NCBI GenBank assembly: GCA_038087875.1
Contig: CM075988.1
Location: forward strand, 16,618,001-16,682,000
From: Malacoraja senta
Lineage: Eukaryota
Direction: 5' to 3'
DNA length: 64,000 nt
Part shown: positions 1 to 11,310 of the stretch, in pieces
Position numbering within the stretch: the stretch's first letter is position 1
Layout of the letters: each line of letters starts with the position of its first letter
Notes under the pieces: generated by a model
Database searches by the model: none
Seen by the model: the letters and a program-made list of their open reading frames with translations, nothing else
Told to the model about the DNA's origin: nothing
Made by a program: the position numbers and the translations under genes

Positions 1-154
1 ATGTCCTTCAGAGATGCTACCTGACCTGCTGAGTTACACCAGCACTTTGTGGGGTTTTTCTTTCGCTTTCATCTCTGCATTACTTCACAGTAGAACAGAT
101 AAATGATCCCCAGTGACCTAGCCCATAATAATCCATCAAGCAACATTACTAAAA

Positions 155-285
155 AAAATGATCATCTGGTTTTTATTCTTCAGCTTCTGGTCAGAACTTA
201 CTGCACCCAAATTGGCTGATATATTTACTACATTCCAACTGTGACCGCACTTCAATGGCTGCAGAGAGCTTTGGTGCTAATAAAA
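155..285 (+). mobile_element. ancient Deu-domain (SacSINE/AmnSINE-like) SINE relic; others at ~18586-18810(-) and ~60590-60900(-)
   Basis: cttactgcacccaaattggctga...ctacattccaactgtgaccgcacttcaa..tggctgcagagagctttgg resembles the Deu-SINE core and 3' region as I recall it. Confidence 0.45.
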
Positions 286-837
286 AGCCCTGTCCTTCTC
301 ACTCTCTGATCATTCCACTTCATTCTCAGTCCCACTTTCTAGCTTACTCCAAAACCTTTTATTAAAAAGATTTATTTCTTCTTCAATGCTTTATAGTCAT
401 GAATTGCTTTTGAAATACCAAACAGAAACCCAGGAAACTGCAGTTGCTGGAAAATCGAAGGTACACAAAAATGCTGGAGAAACTCAGCGGGTGCAGCAGC
501 ATCTATGGAGCGAAGGAAATAGGCAACGTTTCGGGCCGAAGAAGGGTTTCGGCCCGAAACGTTGCCCATTTCCTTCGCTCCATAGATGCTGCTGCACCCG
601 CTGAGTTTCTCCAGCATTTTTGTGTACCCAGGAAACATGTAACAGGTCAGTCAGCATCTGTGGATATTATTGATTATTAGTTATTTATCTGTGTGATATT
701 ACATTTATGGGCCAGTTAAGATGCAGCTAGTCAGAATTTCATATTCTATTGCTAGTATATATGACAATTATGATCCTTGATTCTTGACTCAATCATCTTT
801 CCTCGTGTGAAGTGGAATTTAATCCTTTTTAATGGAA

Positions 838-1119
838 TACTAGTCCAAATGGGACCCGTTGGCTCCTGTTCCCTCAACGCGCAGTTGCAGGGTGGGGGGT
901 GGGGGGGGTGGGGTGGGTGGCCTGCGGCGTCAAACACACACACACACACTAACCCCTCCCCCTTGATATTATATTAATATTACTCATTCGCTCCTTTTCC
1001 CCCATCCCCCGCCCTATCCACTCACGCATAGCCCCCAACTGCACAGCCGCAGCTGGAGAGGGAGGGGGGTAGAGAGGGAGGGCGAGTGGGTAGAGAGGGA
1101 GAGGGTGAGGGGGGTAGAG
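838..1119 (+). repeat. unclassified G-rich interspersed repeat (possibly Helitron-like), with G-runs, (CA)n and a purine-rich end
   Basis: Begins tactagtccaaatgggacccgttgg; G-tracts at 890-920; (gagggggtag)-like repeats at 1056-1119. Confidence 0.3.
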
Positions 1120-1194
1120 ATTCTGCAAAATTATTAGCTCAAGCCTGTATCCTACCTCTGTCACATACATCCTGAAAGTTCAAATCTAAAACCA

Positions 1195-1493
1195 AGGCGG
1201 CATGGTGACGTAGGGGTAGAGCTACTGCCTTACAGCGCCAGAGACCTGGATTTGATCCTGACTATGGGTGCTTGTCTGTACGGAGTTTGTACATTCTCCC
1301 TGTGACCTGCAGAGGTTTTCTCCGAGATCCAAAGACGTTCAGGTTTGCAGGTTAATTGCTTGGTATAAATGTAAAATTGTCTCTCGTATGTGTAGGGTAG
1401 TGTTAATGTGCAGGAATTGCTGTTCGTTGCGGACTCAGTGGGAAAAAAACTGTTTCCGTGCTTAATCTCTAAACTAAGCTAAACTAAACTAAA
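1195..1493 (+). mobile_element. HE1-like tRNA-derived SINE; other + copies at ~10170-10408, 22335-22610, 24755-25085, 25525-25820, 27320-27460, 27565-28260, 28703-29030, 30140-30450, 32765-33052, 40315-40465, 43375-43678, 60002-60315
   Basis: tRNA-like head with A/B boxes (tggtgcagcggtagag...ggttcgatcc in better copies), conserved core, CR1-derived tail and (ctaaa)n end. Confidence 0.8.
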
Positions 1494-2174
1494 AGTGGAA
1501 TATATGTGTCATGGCCCACGGATTCTGCTGCACTATTTGCTGTAGCCTATATCCTATCTCAGTCACATGCATCCTGAAAGTTAAACCATCAAGGAGTATA
1601 TTATAGTTGATATGACTTTCAATTCAAAATAGTCATTCCTATCACCTAGGATGATGGATTTAAGACAGTGGTTTACTAAGTCAAACACAGGAACTGGTTT
1701 ACAAGGAATAAGAAACTGGTTTACAGAGAAAGGCACAAAGCATTGGAGTAACCCAGCGGGTCGGGCAGCACCTCTGGACAACATGGATAGGTGACATTTC
1801 AGGTCAGGACTCAAGATGTCACCTATCTATGTTTAGCAGAGATGCTGCTGACCCAATATGTTACTCTCGCACTTTTTTTGGGGTTTAATAAGTCAATACA
1901 CTTTGGAAAGACGAAGGTAGACAAAAGTGCTGGAGAAACTCAGCGGGTGCGGCAGCATCTATGGAGCGAAGGAAATAGGCAACGTTTCGGGCCGAAGCCC
2001 TTGGAACCTTGATTTGGTGATGTTGAGTCTGATCCTCACTGAATTTGTGATCACACGATATCAAAGATAATCGGCATATAACATTAATTAGGGCAGAGGG
2101 ATTGTTTATAACGCAGTAGTCCGCAGAAGTCCAGAAGAATGTAACTTGTCGAGACAAATATTCCCAGAAGTATT

Positions 2175-2195
2175 TTCAGCACCAAGGAAAGCTCC
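2175..2195 (+). promoter_or_regulatory. candidate RE1/NRSE (REST) site
   Basis: TTCAGCACCAAGGAAAGCTCC versus consensus TTCAGCACCACGGACAGCGCC (18/21, canonical 2-nt spacer), in non-repetitive intron. Confidence 0.45.
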
Positions 2196-2864
2196 CTGCT
2201 GTCGGGCTGGTCCCAGCGGCTTCCTGCATCAAACTTACTTACAGCAGACTGAACAAAGTTTAGACTAGATTTTGAGTAAAAATGTGAGGGAGGACTTAAA
2301 CGAGTAAATGGGAGAGTGATAGATTGTGGCTGAGAGTCACCAGAGATGAAACAAAACTTCAGACTGTTCTGGTGAGCGTCTTCATGAAAGTTGACCGTGT
2401 TTCTATCTCAAGCTGCAATCACGTCGTATCAGGATTAAACACCATGTAGCATTAATTAGGCCGGTGAGATCACTGAAACTAGCCCTTCTCACATTCAGAG
2501 GCTCAGAGAGGGCAATCAAATTACCTTTCATGATCGAGTCGTAAGCGTTGTGATCAGATGACTGTGCTCTGATTGCTCTAAACAGTTCTTGATTGCAAAA
2601 GAGTAAAAAATGAAACACCCACGGTGGCTTCCAAATGGTTCAGTAAGTGAACATACCGTCTAATAAACAAAGGTCAAGCACTGTCTTCTGCCAGGTTTGC
2701 TCAACTCAACTAACAGAATGAAGCTTGGTCTGTTTCCACAAAGATAAAGAAAGAGAAAACTAGCCAGGGTGCACAACTCCTGCTTGCATGGACAGATGTT
2801 AGGTGGAAACAAAAGTAGGTGCTTCCTACTGCCCCTTAACCCTTATCATGTATCTATACACTGT

Positions 2865-3150
2865 ATCATCGTTGAAAACATTAGCGACGCAGTGGTGCTG
2901 GTTTCCGGCAGGAATGTTCCTTACAATGCTATGTACGACCGTGATCGCAACTTCTACTGAAGTGTGGATGGCCAATGGCTCGCTAGAAGCTCATCCGCCC
3001 TTTGACAGGTCTTGTTTTTGGTCCTGCTGGGGGTCCACGGGCCCCTCCTCACCTGGCAAACCAGGTGGGGGAGACGGTTTGGTCGCCGACTATCCGACCA
3101 TGGAGCAGGTAGCACAGGATTACATGGTACCCGCGGTGGGGGGGGGGGAA
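2865..3150 (-). mobile_element. unclassified non-autonomous retroelement (possibly RTE-related); second, longer copy at ~14532-14920
   Basis: Two highly similar copies 11.7 kb apart; short (gat)/(aatg) repeats at the left end suggest a minus-strand tail. Confidence 0.5.
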
Positions 3151-4107
3151 CTCCCCCCCGACCTGACCTAAAATACACTGTAAACGGTTCGCTTGTAAAC
3201 ATGTTTGGTCTTTCTGTTGACTCGTTAGTACACAACAAAAGCTTTTCACTGTACCTCGGCACACGTGACAAGTAGACTAAACCGAGCTGATAAACAGGCT
3301 TGGACACTCTCAGTGGAAGCTCTCTCAGGTAAATAGATGACTGGAATAGATAGATCAGACGTAAATAGTTGTCACCCTCAGGTAAATAGATGCCTGGAAT
3401 TCTCGGCAGGCTATGGAGAAATCATCATCAGAAGAGAGGGAATTGTTAATGGAAAATCTATGCGGGAAATATTAGAACTCATCTAACTACCAGAAGGTAA
3501 AAATGAGTGGCAGAGAACTCATATGCGATGCTACATTCAGTGCATCCATCATGCTGAAAGATGGCATGAGCTTCTGCAATCTAATTGTTTTGGAATGCCT
3601 TTCAGGAATCGTGGAGAGTTGGCTGCAATATCTGCCTGACCAAAGGACTTCACATTAACAAGGGATTGTTCATGTGAAATCTTTTGGCTTGACAGATTGA
3701 TCCACTAATTGTTACCTATTTCCTCGGTGATCAAAAAGAATGGCTTCGAGCAAAAATAATCTTCATGGATGCCCAGAACAGTGGTGATTCCAGATGTGTT
3801 TGGGAATGTGTCTGCTGCACCCCATCTTGACTCTGTAATTGTCTGTTCAACCATAGACCTGCTTAGTGTGGTCAAGGCAGTTAAACGTTGTGTGTAGGAA
3901 GGAACTACAGATGCTGGTTTACACCAAAGATAGACACGAAATGCTGGAGTGACTCAGCGGGACAGGCAGCATCTCTGGAGGGAAGGAATGGGTGATCTAT
4001 CGGGTCGAGACCCTACTTCAGTCTGAAGAAGGGTCTCGACCCGAAAGGTCACCCATTCCTTCTCTCCGGTGATGCTGCCTGTCCTGCTGGGTTACTCCAG
4101 CATTTTG

Positions 4108-4536
4108 AAAAGACTAGGCTTGTATTCACTGGAGTTTAGAAGGATGAGGGGGGATTTTATAGAAACATATACAATTATAAAAGGAATGGACAAGCTAGAT
4201 GCAGGAAAAATGTTCCCAATGTTGGGCGAGTCCAGAACCAGGGGGCCACAGTCTTAGAATAAAGGGGAGGTCATTTAAGACTGAGGTGAGAAAAAACTTT
4301 TTCACCCAGAGAGTTGTGAATTTATGGAATTCCCTGCCACAGAGGGCAGTGGAGGCCAAGTCAATGGATGGATTTAAGAGAGAGTTAGATAGAACTATGG
4401 GGGCTAGTGGAGTCAAGGGATATGGGGAGAAGGGTTATTGATAGGGGACGATCAGCCATGATCACAATGAATGGCGGTGATGGCTCGAAGGGCCGAATGG
4501 CCTCCTCCTGCACCTATTTTCTATGTTTCTATGTTT
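4108..4536 (+). mobile_element. CR1 3' fragment nested in a PLE palindrome
   Basis: Encodes RLGLYSLEFRRMRGD...FFTQRVVNLWNSLP with a ctatgttt tail; the PLE arm resumes (gtgtctatc) right after it. Confidence 0.85.
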
Positions 4537-5208
4537 GTGTCTATCTTTTCAGTTAAATGCTGGCACCATCAAGGAAACAGGAATGGCCAGAGATGTTGAC
4601 CTTTGTGCATTAATCTTCCCAAGCAAACAAAAGGCTTGGCATTGGAGTAGTTTACTTTTTCAAGTTAACAACTTGACTTCCCGTTACATCAGGGAAATGG
4701 ATAAATTGATAACTACGGACAATTTTCAATTTACAAACCTGTATGTTGTTGGAGTGTGGGAGTAAACCGGAGCACCCGCAGAAAACCCATGCAGGTCACG
4801 GGGAGAACGTACCAACTCTGCACAGACAGCACCTTGTGTTCTGGAATGAACTCGGGTCTCTGGCGCTGTAAGGCAGCAACTCTACCCCTGCGCCACCGTG
4901 TCTCCCAATCCAGAGCAACCTTTGCTCTACTGATTGCAAACTTGTACCCTCTCCTCCCCTCTCATTCCTTCATTCTGGCACAATTTCAGTACAAAAACAC
5001 GAATTTCTTTCAAAGCCTTTGTTATTTGTCCTTAAGTATGCTGCCCACATTCGAACACATTCAGTGTTAAATAATGATTTAGTATAACTTCCCATGTTAA
5101 TCACATTCTTGAAGCAAACTGAATCGGGGCGCAGGGGCAATTTTTAGTTTGGACAATTCAGCACCAGCGATCGATGGTTGGCCCGCACCGGCCGCTCTGG
5201 CTTGGTAC

Positions 5209-5376
5209 CTGCTTCCTCTGTGCTGACAGTTATTTCTTTGCTTGAGTCACTTCTGCCGATCTTGTTGAATGAGTAGATCCGTATACTGTAGACGGAAGCT
5301 GGGTGCAGATCCACAATGTTGGCCTGGTTTATGGTTGGGTTGATGTTCCGTGTACTCTGCTTTAAGTTCCACGAGT
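5209..5376 (-). CDS. DSCAML1: DSCAML1 internal exon (~exon 15), C-half of FNIII-1
   Basis: caacag|AC TCG TGG ... GAA GCA G|gtacca; 168 nt, phase 1-1; DSWNLKQSTRNINPTINQANIVDLHPASVYSIR...VSTEEA. Confidence 0.95.
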
Positions 5377-6173
5377 CTGTTGGGAGGGAAAGAAACAATT
5401 GCTTTGTCAATGGGATCTGAGATAATTAAGTTGGACCCAGGGGGGTAAAGAGGAAAAATCACTAAGAATTGGTGCTCGCAGTCAGCTCAGATGCAAATGG
5501 CACCTTCAGCTTTAAGGCTCGTTTCTCAATGCTCCAACCTTGCTTAGTTTAGTTTAGAGATACAGCAAGGAAACAGGCCCTTTGGCTCACCGAGTCAGCG
5601 CCACCCAGAATCACCCATACACAACTTCTATCCCACACAATAGGGACAATTTTACAGAAGCCAATTAACATACAAACCTGCACCTTTTTCTGGAATGTGG
5701 GCGGAAACTGAGCACCTGGAGAAAAAACCACGCAGTCACAGGGAGAACATACAAACTCCATACAGACAGCACCCGTAGTCAAGATCAAACTCAGTCACTG
5801 TAAGGCAGCAACTCTTCCAATGCCCCAACATTGCTTTCCTGCATTACAATCGTAACCACCCTTTGAGAACATTAAATGGTTATAAAGTAATTTGGGATTT
5901 CCAGAGGTTATGAAAGGTGTAATAAAGCTGTAAGTATTCCCCTTTAAATTAAAATGTCCTCTGTGCCTGAAAGTGCAATCGGCAGAAAGTCTCTTTGCTC
6001 CCAGTCCGGGTATTAACCACTCCCATTTCAGTAACATCTTAATATAATGATGCTTCAATCAAATCATGAGATAATTCAATCTTTTAAGCAAGATGTTTCC
6101 AGTCTGTCATTTCATTAATGTTATTTAATTCTAATAATTCAATCTTTGTATATGTGAAAAGTGGGATTGAGTT

Positions 6174-6387
6174 GTGTAGGAAGGAACTGCAGATGCTGGT
6201 TTAAACTGAAGGTAGACAAAAAATGCTGGAGTAACTCAGCGGGACAGGCAGCATCTCTGGAGAGAAGGAGTGGGTGGCGTTTCGGGTCTGACTGAAGAAG
6301 GGTCTCGACTCGAAATGTCACCCATTCCTTTTCTCCAGAGATACTGCCTGTCCCGCTGAGTTACTCCAGCAATTTGTGTTTATCTTT
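6174..6387. mobile_element. palindromic PLE terminus with 14-bp TSD; related copies at ~430-628, 1710-1880, 1905-2000, 3890-4107, 8330-8430, 9085-9285, 12421-12565, 20080-20245, 21016-21147, 21350-21916, 25975-26098, 29095-29200, 30993-31190, 34575-34743, 35255-35575, 38630-38825, 41315-41480, 43878-44002, 53217-53440, 58618-58800, 61115-61270, 63202-63381
   Basis: Inverted arms tagacacaaaatgctggagtaactcagcggg...cccgctgagttactccagc; TSD agtgggattgagtt at 6160-6173 and 6388-6401; same terminus as the GIY-YIG-bearing copy at 33495. Confidence 0.8.
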
Positions 6388-6454
6388 AGTGGGATTGAGT
6401 TAATACATCAGATTTTAAGGGTTGCACATAAATTCATAACTTCTCTGTGCAGAA

Positions 6455-6737
6455 ATTAGGCCTTTCGGTCCATCACGTCTACTCCGCCATTCTATCTTTC
6501 CCTCTCAATCTTAATCTCCTGCTTTTGCCCCGTAACCCCCTGGCACCCTTACTAATCAAGAATCTGCCTTAAAATATCCATTGACTTGGCCTCCACAGCC
6601 GTCTGTGGCAACGAATTCCGTAGATTCACCACCATCTAACTAAAGAAATTCCTTCTCATCTTTCTAGAGGTACGTCCTTTTATTCTGAGCCTACGGCCTC
6701 TGTTCCTAGCCTGTCCCACTAGTGGAAACATCCTCTG
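6455..6737 (-). mobile_element. CR1 3' fragment
   Basis: Reverse complement resembles the CR1 3' end seen at 13255-13870. Confidence 0.75.
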
Positions 6738-9700
6738 GTAGCATCACATAACAAATATATAATGCAAAGTCTTATTACTGAAGAAAAGTACAGCCTCTAC
6801 ATTCCATTCCACATTGGAAAGAACAGTTTCAAGCCAAAGCTTAGTTTAGTTTAGTTTAGTTACAGCACGGAAACAGGCCCTTCGGCCCACCAAGTCTGTG
6901 CCGACCATGATCCCCGCACACTAACACTATCCTACTCACACTAGGGAGAATTTCCAATTTTTACCAAAGCCAATTAACCTACAAACCTGTATGTCTTTGG
7001 AGTGTTGGAGGAAACCGGAGCACCCGGAGAAAACCCACGCGGGTCACGGGGGAGAATGAACAAATTCTGCACAGACAACACCTGTAGTGAGGACCGAACC
7101 CGGGTCTCTGCTGCTGTAAGGCAGCAACTCTACCCCTGTCCCACCGTGGTCCCCAAAGCTACAGTAAATCTGACAAAAGGACTTTATCGAAAAGAATGAT
7201 TTGAGCAAACTTGCATTTCATCAATAAACCTATCTACAGAAAACAACGATAATTATGATCAAATCCAACAGATGCTGTTTATAGGCAATAGCAATATCTG
7301 CTCAAATATCTCCCCTTACATTGATTTATTTCTACTGATAAACATGATAGAAATGTATTACATGTATGCATGGATTAGCTAAAAAAATGTGTCAGATTAG
7401 AATTGATTATACAGAAGTATGATGAATGAAACGCCCAACAATCTTATCAAACTCTGATAGAATACATTGTGTATAATTAATGTCTGCAGCCCTTGTACAA
7501 TATTAATTTACAAAATTTAATCATATTTTAATCTCTCCTGGTATGGCAGCAACAGGATTTAGTTTTCTTGCAATGAATTTAAATTGTCAATTAGATGCCT
7601 TGAATAACTACTGCAGACCCCTTAATAATGTCATGGGAACTGTGCAGAAATTGGATTTTTAAACACAGCACAAAGGTGGCATTTAAAGAGCCGCCAATGT
7701 TTTTCACAGCGTAATAATCAATAAGCTTCAGTAGATGGGTCTCTTCTTCATGGTTGACCAGGCAGGAATGAAACCCTAATGGAGAACCACAAGGTATCTG
7801 AACATTAGTAGCAACCTGCATTAACGTAGAATCTTCACACTATTCAATAGTTTAGTTTCGTTTAGTTTAGAGATACAGCGCAGAAACAGGCCCTTCGGCC
7901 CACTGAGGCTGCACCGACCAGCAATCCCACACATTAACACTACCCTTCACAAACTAGGGACAATTTTTACATTTATACCAAGCCAATTAACTTACAAACC
8001 TGTACACCTTTGGAGTGTGGGAGGAAACCCAAGATCTCAGAGAAAATCCATGCAGGTCATGGGGAGAACGTACAAGACTCCGTACAGACAAGCGCCCATA
8101 GTCAGGATTGAACCCGGGTCTCTGGTGCTGTAAGGCAGTATCTCTACCGCTGCGTCAATGTGCCGCCCGTGCCCGAATGTTTGGCTTGGCGGGCATGTTT
8201 GAGGTTGGAACAGACAACGGTCAGTTAAACTTGTTATTTGTGCTTGTGGCATGACATTAGTCGCTCAATCAAAATTTCTACCCGGCATACAAATCAACGG
8301 ATGCAGTTCTTAAACGGAGGTTACGAAAAGGATGCAAAATGCTGGATTAACTAAGCAGGTCTGGCAGCATCTCTGGAGAACATGGATAGGTGACGTTTCA
8401 GGTCAGGACCCCTTCTTCAGACTGATTCATTGAGGGGAGGGAGAGGGGAGGAATGTTAGGAGGAGAGGCAAGACAAAGCATGGCAGGCAATGGGTGAACA
8501 CAGGTGAGGGGGTGGGGGGGGGGGGGGGGGGGTTGCTAGTCAGATGGTCAGAAAGGACCAGAGATTAAAATAGAGGCAAATGGAGGTGTTGGGCATAGGT
8601 CCAAGAGCCTCAATACTTCAAGTGGTGCTGTCAGAGAGTTCAGGATGTCCATCTTCCTCCTGGTAGGTGGTTTTGATTAACTGATGGGCTTCACTCCACT
8701 AGCCTCTTTGCATCCAATGTCCTCACCAACCATCCCCATCCCCATCATCTGTAGATCACTCCATTATCTGCAGCCCACTCCATTATCTGTTTGAATCTTC
8801 CTCCACACAAAAGTTCATTCAAAGCCCCCATGCTCACACTATCCTCTCCCTAACTCCTTCCTCTGTGATCCCCACTAATGGGAGATTATGGGTGAAGAGT
8901 CTCTTTTATCAGGCACTTTGCTTTGAATGTTCAGCATGCAACTGCCCAGTGTAATGGTTGCTGTAAACCACCACTTAAGCAACTCTGACGTATTTTACAA
9001 GAGCCTAGCAAACACTACAGCACAGACGGAAAGATGAGGACAGATAACTAAATGTTTGGGCCTGAGGAACAATGTAAAGAGAGTGCAGGAAGGAACTGCA
9101 GATGCTGGTGTAAAACCAAAGATAGACACAAAAAGCTGGAGTACCTCAGCAGGACAGGCAGCATCTCTGGAGAGAAGGAATAGGTGAGGCTGACCCAATG
9201 GCTCGACCCAAATGTTCACCCATTCCTTCTCTCCAGAGATGCCGCCTGTCGCGCTGAGTTACTCCAGCTTTTTGTGTCTATCTTCACTATAAAGGAGAGG
9301 ATGGCAGTGATGTGCAGAGGTTAAGGGAAGGAATTCTAGAGTTTGGGCCTGTATTATCGGAAGGCAGAGCCGGATGTAGTTTTGAGATCAGGATAAGTGT
9401 AGAGGGCCCAGGTAGTTAAGTAACCAATGTGCGTCCATGTATTTGTGCTGGATGAATGAGACTTGGTACGAGATGGAGAGTGGGAGAGTCATGTTATATT
9501 GAAGGCAGAGACCAACTGGGAAACTACTGGAATGATCAAAAATACAATTGGGGGGTTCAGTGGCAGATGAAAGCATGACCGTGTTATATCCGGGCCGGGT
9601 TGTGGAGATGATACAGGGCTGGATGCTTATCTCGGGCTAAATAGGATGCTACGGTTTGTTTCATTCGGTTTACTCAATGGGAAGGTTGGGGACTGGAATG

Positions 9701-9788
9701 ATTGGCAAAGGAATGAGGCTAACATGCTCCTTGGAAGACAATGAAGGGGGAGGTGGTTGCCTTTGAAGAGAGACCAGTGACTACCCAC

Positions 9789-9916
9789 CTGACTTGTTCT
9801 TGTACTCAATGTCAAAGCCGAGGATGAGACTGTTCCCATCAAATCTCTGAGTCCAGCGGAGGTTCATGCTGCGCGCCTTCACTTCTCTGATCTCCAGCTC
9901 AGGAGGGTCAGGAGCT
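9789..9916 (-). CDS. DSCAML1: DSCAML1 internal exon (~exon 14), N-half of FNIII-1; 1 nt short of frame as given
   Basis: ccacag|AG CT CCT GAC ... AAG TCA G|gtgggt; 128 nt where a phase 1-1 exon needs a multiple of 3; [28 protein letters not shown]...EYKNKS. Confidence 0.9.
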
Positions 9917-10799
9917 CTGTGGAGAAGGCAGGACAGAGATGTGCATGAGTTAATTCGCCCTTCAGTGTACAGTTTTTTCTTTGCCATCTATAACATTTTC
10001 TACCTCATGTATTATTCTCTGTAAATGAATGCAATTCATCTTGTCAGAATCAAACAATAACTAAAAATAATATTTTCTAGGAATAATCATGCCCGTGTGT
10101 GATGGTTTATAAAACTCTTCTAAATTATTTTGCTACCATTATTTTGAAACTAATTTAATGGAGATTCAAACATACAGTTTGTACGTTCTTCCCCGTGACC
10201 ACACGGGGTTACTTCAGGTTCTCCAGTTTACTCCCACACTCCAAAAGTGTTCAGGTTTGTATGATAATTGGCTTTGGTAAAATTGTAAATGTCCCCTAAA
10301 GTGTGTGGGATAGTGTTCGTGTATGGGGGGAATGCTGGTCGGCCACGGGCTCAGTGGGCCGCAGGGCCTGTTTCTGCACTGTATCCCTAAAGTCTAATAT
10401 CTAAAGTAAGAAAAAGTTTTGGCAAATAACTGTTGCTTTCCACCTTGCTTACCACCGCAAACACCTTGGACAGCGTTGACGTCAAAAGGGCAAACCTCTT
10501 GAGGAACTGAATCAATGAAGAGCAGGAATGTAGTAGTTAATTAGATCATTTAACTCTCCTCTACTTGCACCATTGCACTTTACTGTGACATGGCTGGTGG
10601 CTCCATGACCTTGTCAAACCTCCACGCTAGACATTTTGTCAGCTCCAGGTGGTTTATCAGTTTAACAGCATCTCAGGTCACTTTGCTAATGGGATGAGAG
10701 TAAATTCATGACTTTGATCATTACTGACTAATGATCATAATGAGCCTGCCTTGACGTTGCTTTGTAATTGGATAGGTGTACAGGCCATTGGTGAGACTA

Positions 10800-11310
10800 A
10801 ACCTGAAGCACAGTGTACAACGTTGGTCATCTTCTTCAGGGGGGATTGGAGGCATTTCAGAGAAGGATCGCTTGATGGATTCCAGGGTTGAAGATATTTT
10901 CTTATATAGGAAACGTTAAGCAGGTTGGGCCCCACACAGATTGGATTTAGAAGAATGAGATGTGATCTGCATGAAACATATTTGATTTCAAAGATGTTGA
11001 TGAAGTAGACGGTGAGAGGATGTTGCCCTACATGGGGGGAAATCAAGATCAGGGGGCATGGTCTCAGTAAAGGGATCAGACATTTAAGATAGAGATACGA
11101 GGGAATTCTTCTCCCAGAAGGTTGTGTGGCCATTGAAATACTCTTCCCCTGGTAGTTTTAGCCTCAAGTCTCAAGGTTGAGGTAGATGTACATTTGGTAC
11201 ACAAACTGACATTAAAGTGGCGCTAGAGGCACCAGGGAAGACCATGGAGCAGGCTTGAGGAACCGTAGAGATGCTCCCTGTTCTCACTTCTTGTATACTT
11301 ATGAAGATAA
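10800..11310 (+). mobile_element. old degenerate CR1 3' fragment
   Basis: Diverged matches to the CR1 ORF2 3' region (ggatttagaagaatgagatgtgatct, gggggcatggtctcag). Confidence 0.55.

Noticed and set aside
1195..1265. tRNA genes
   Set aside because: The tRNA-like heads run straight into SINE bodies and tails.
9789..9916. Calling the locus a pseudogene
   Set aside because: A single indel resembling the other apparent homopolymer errors; the nine other exons are intact and strongly conserved.
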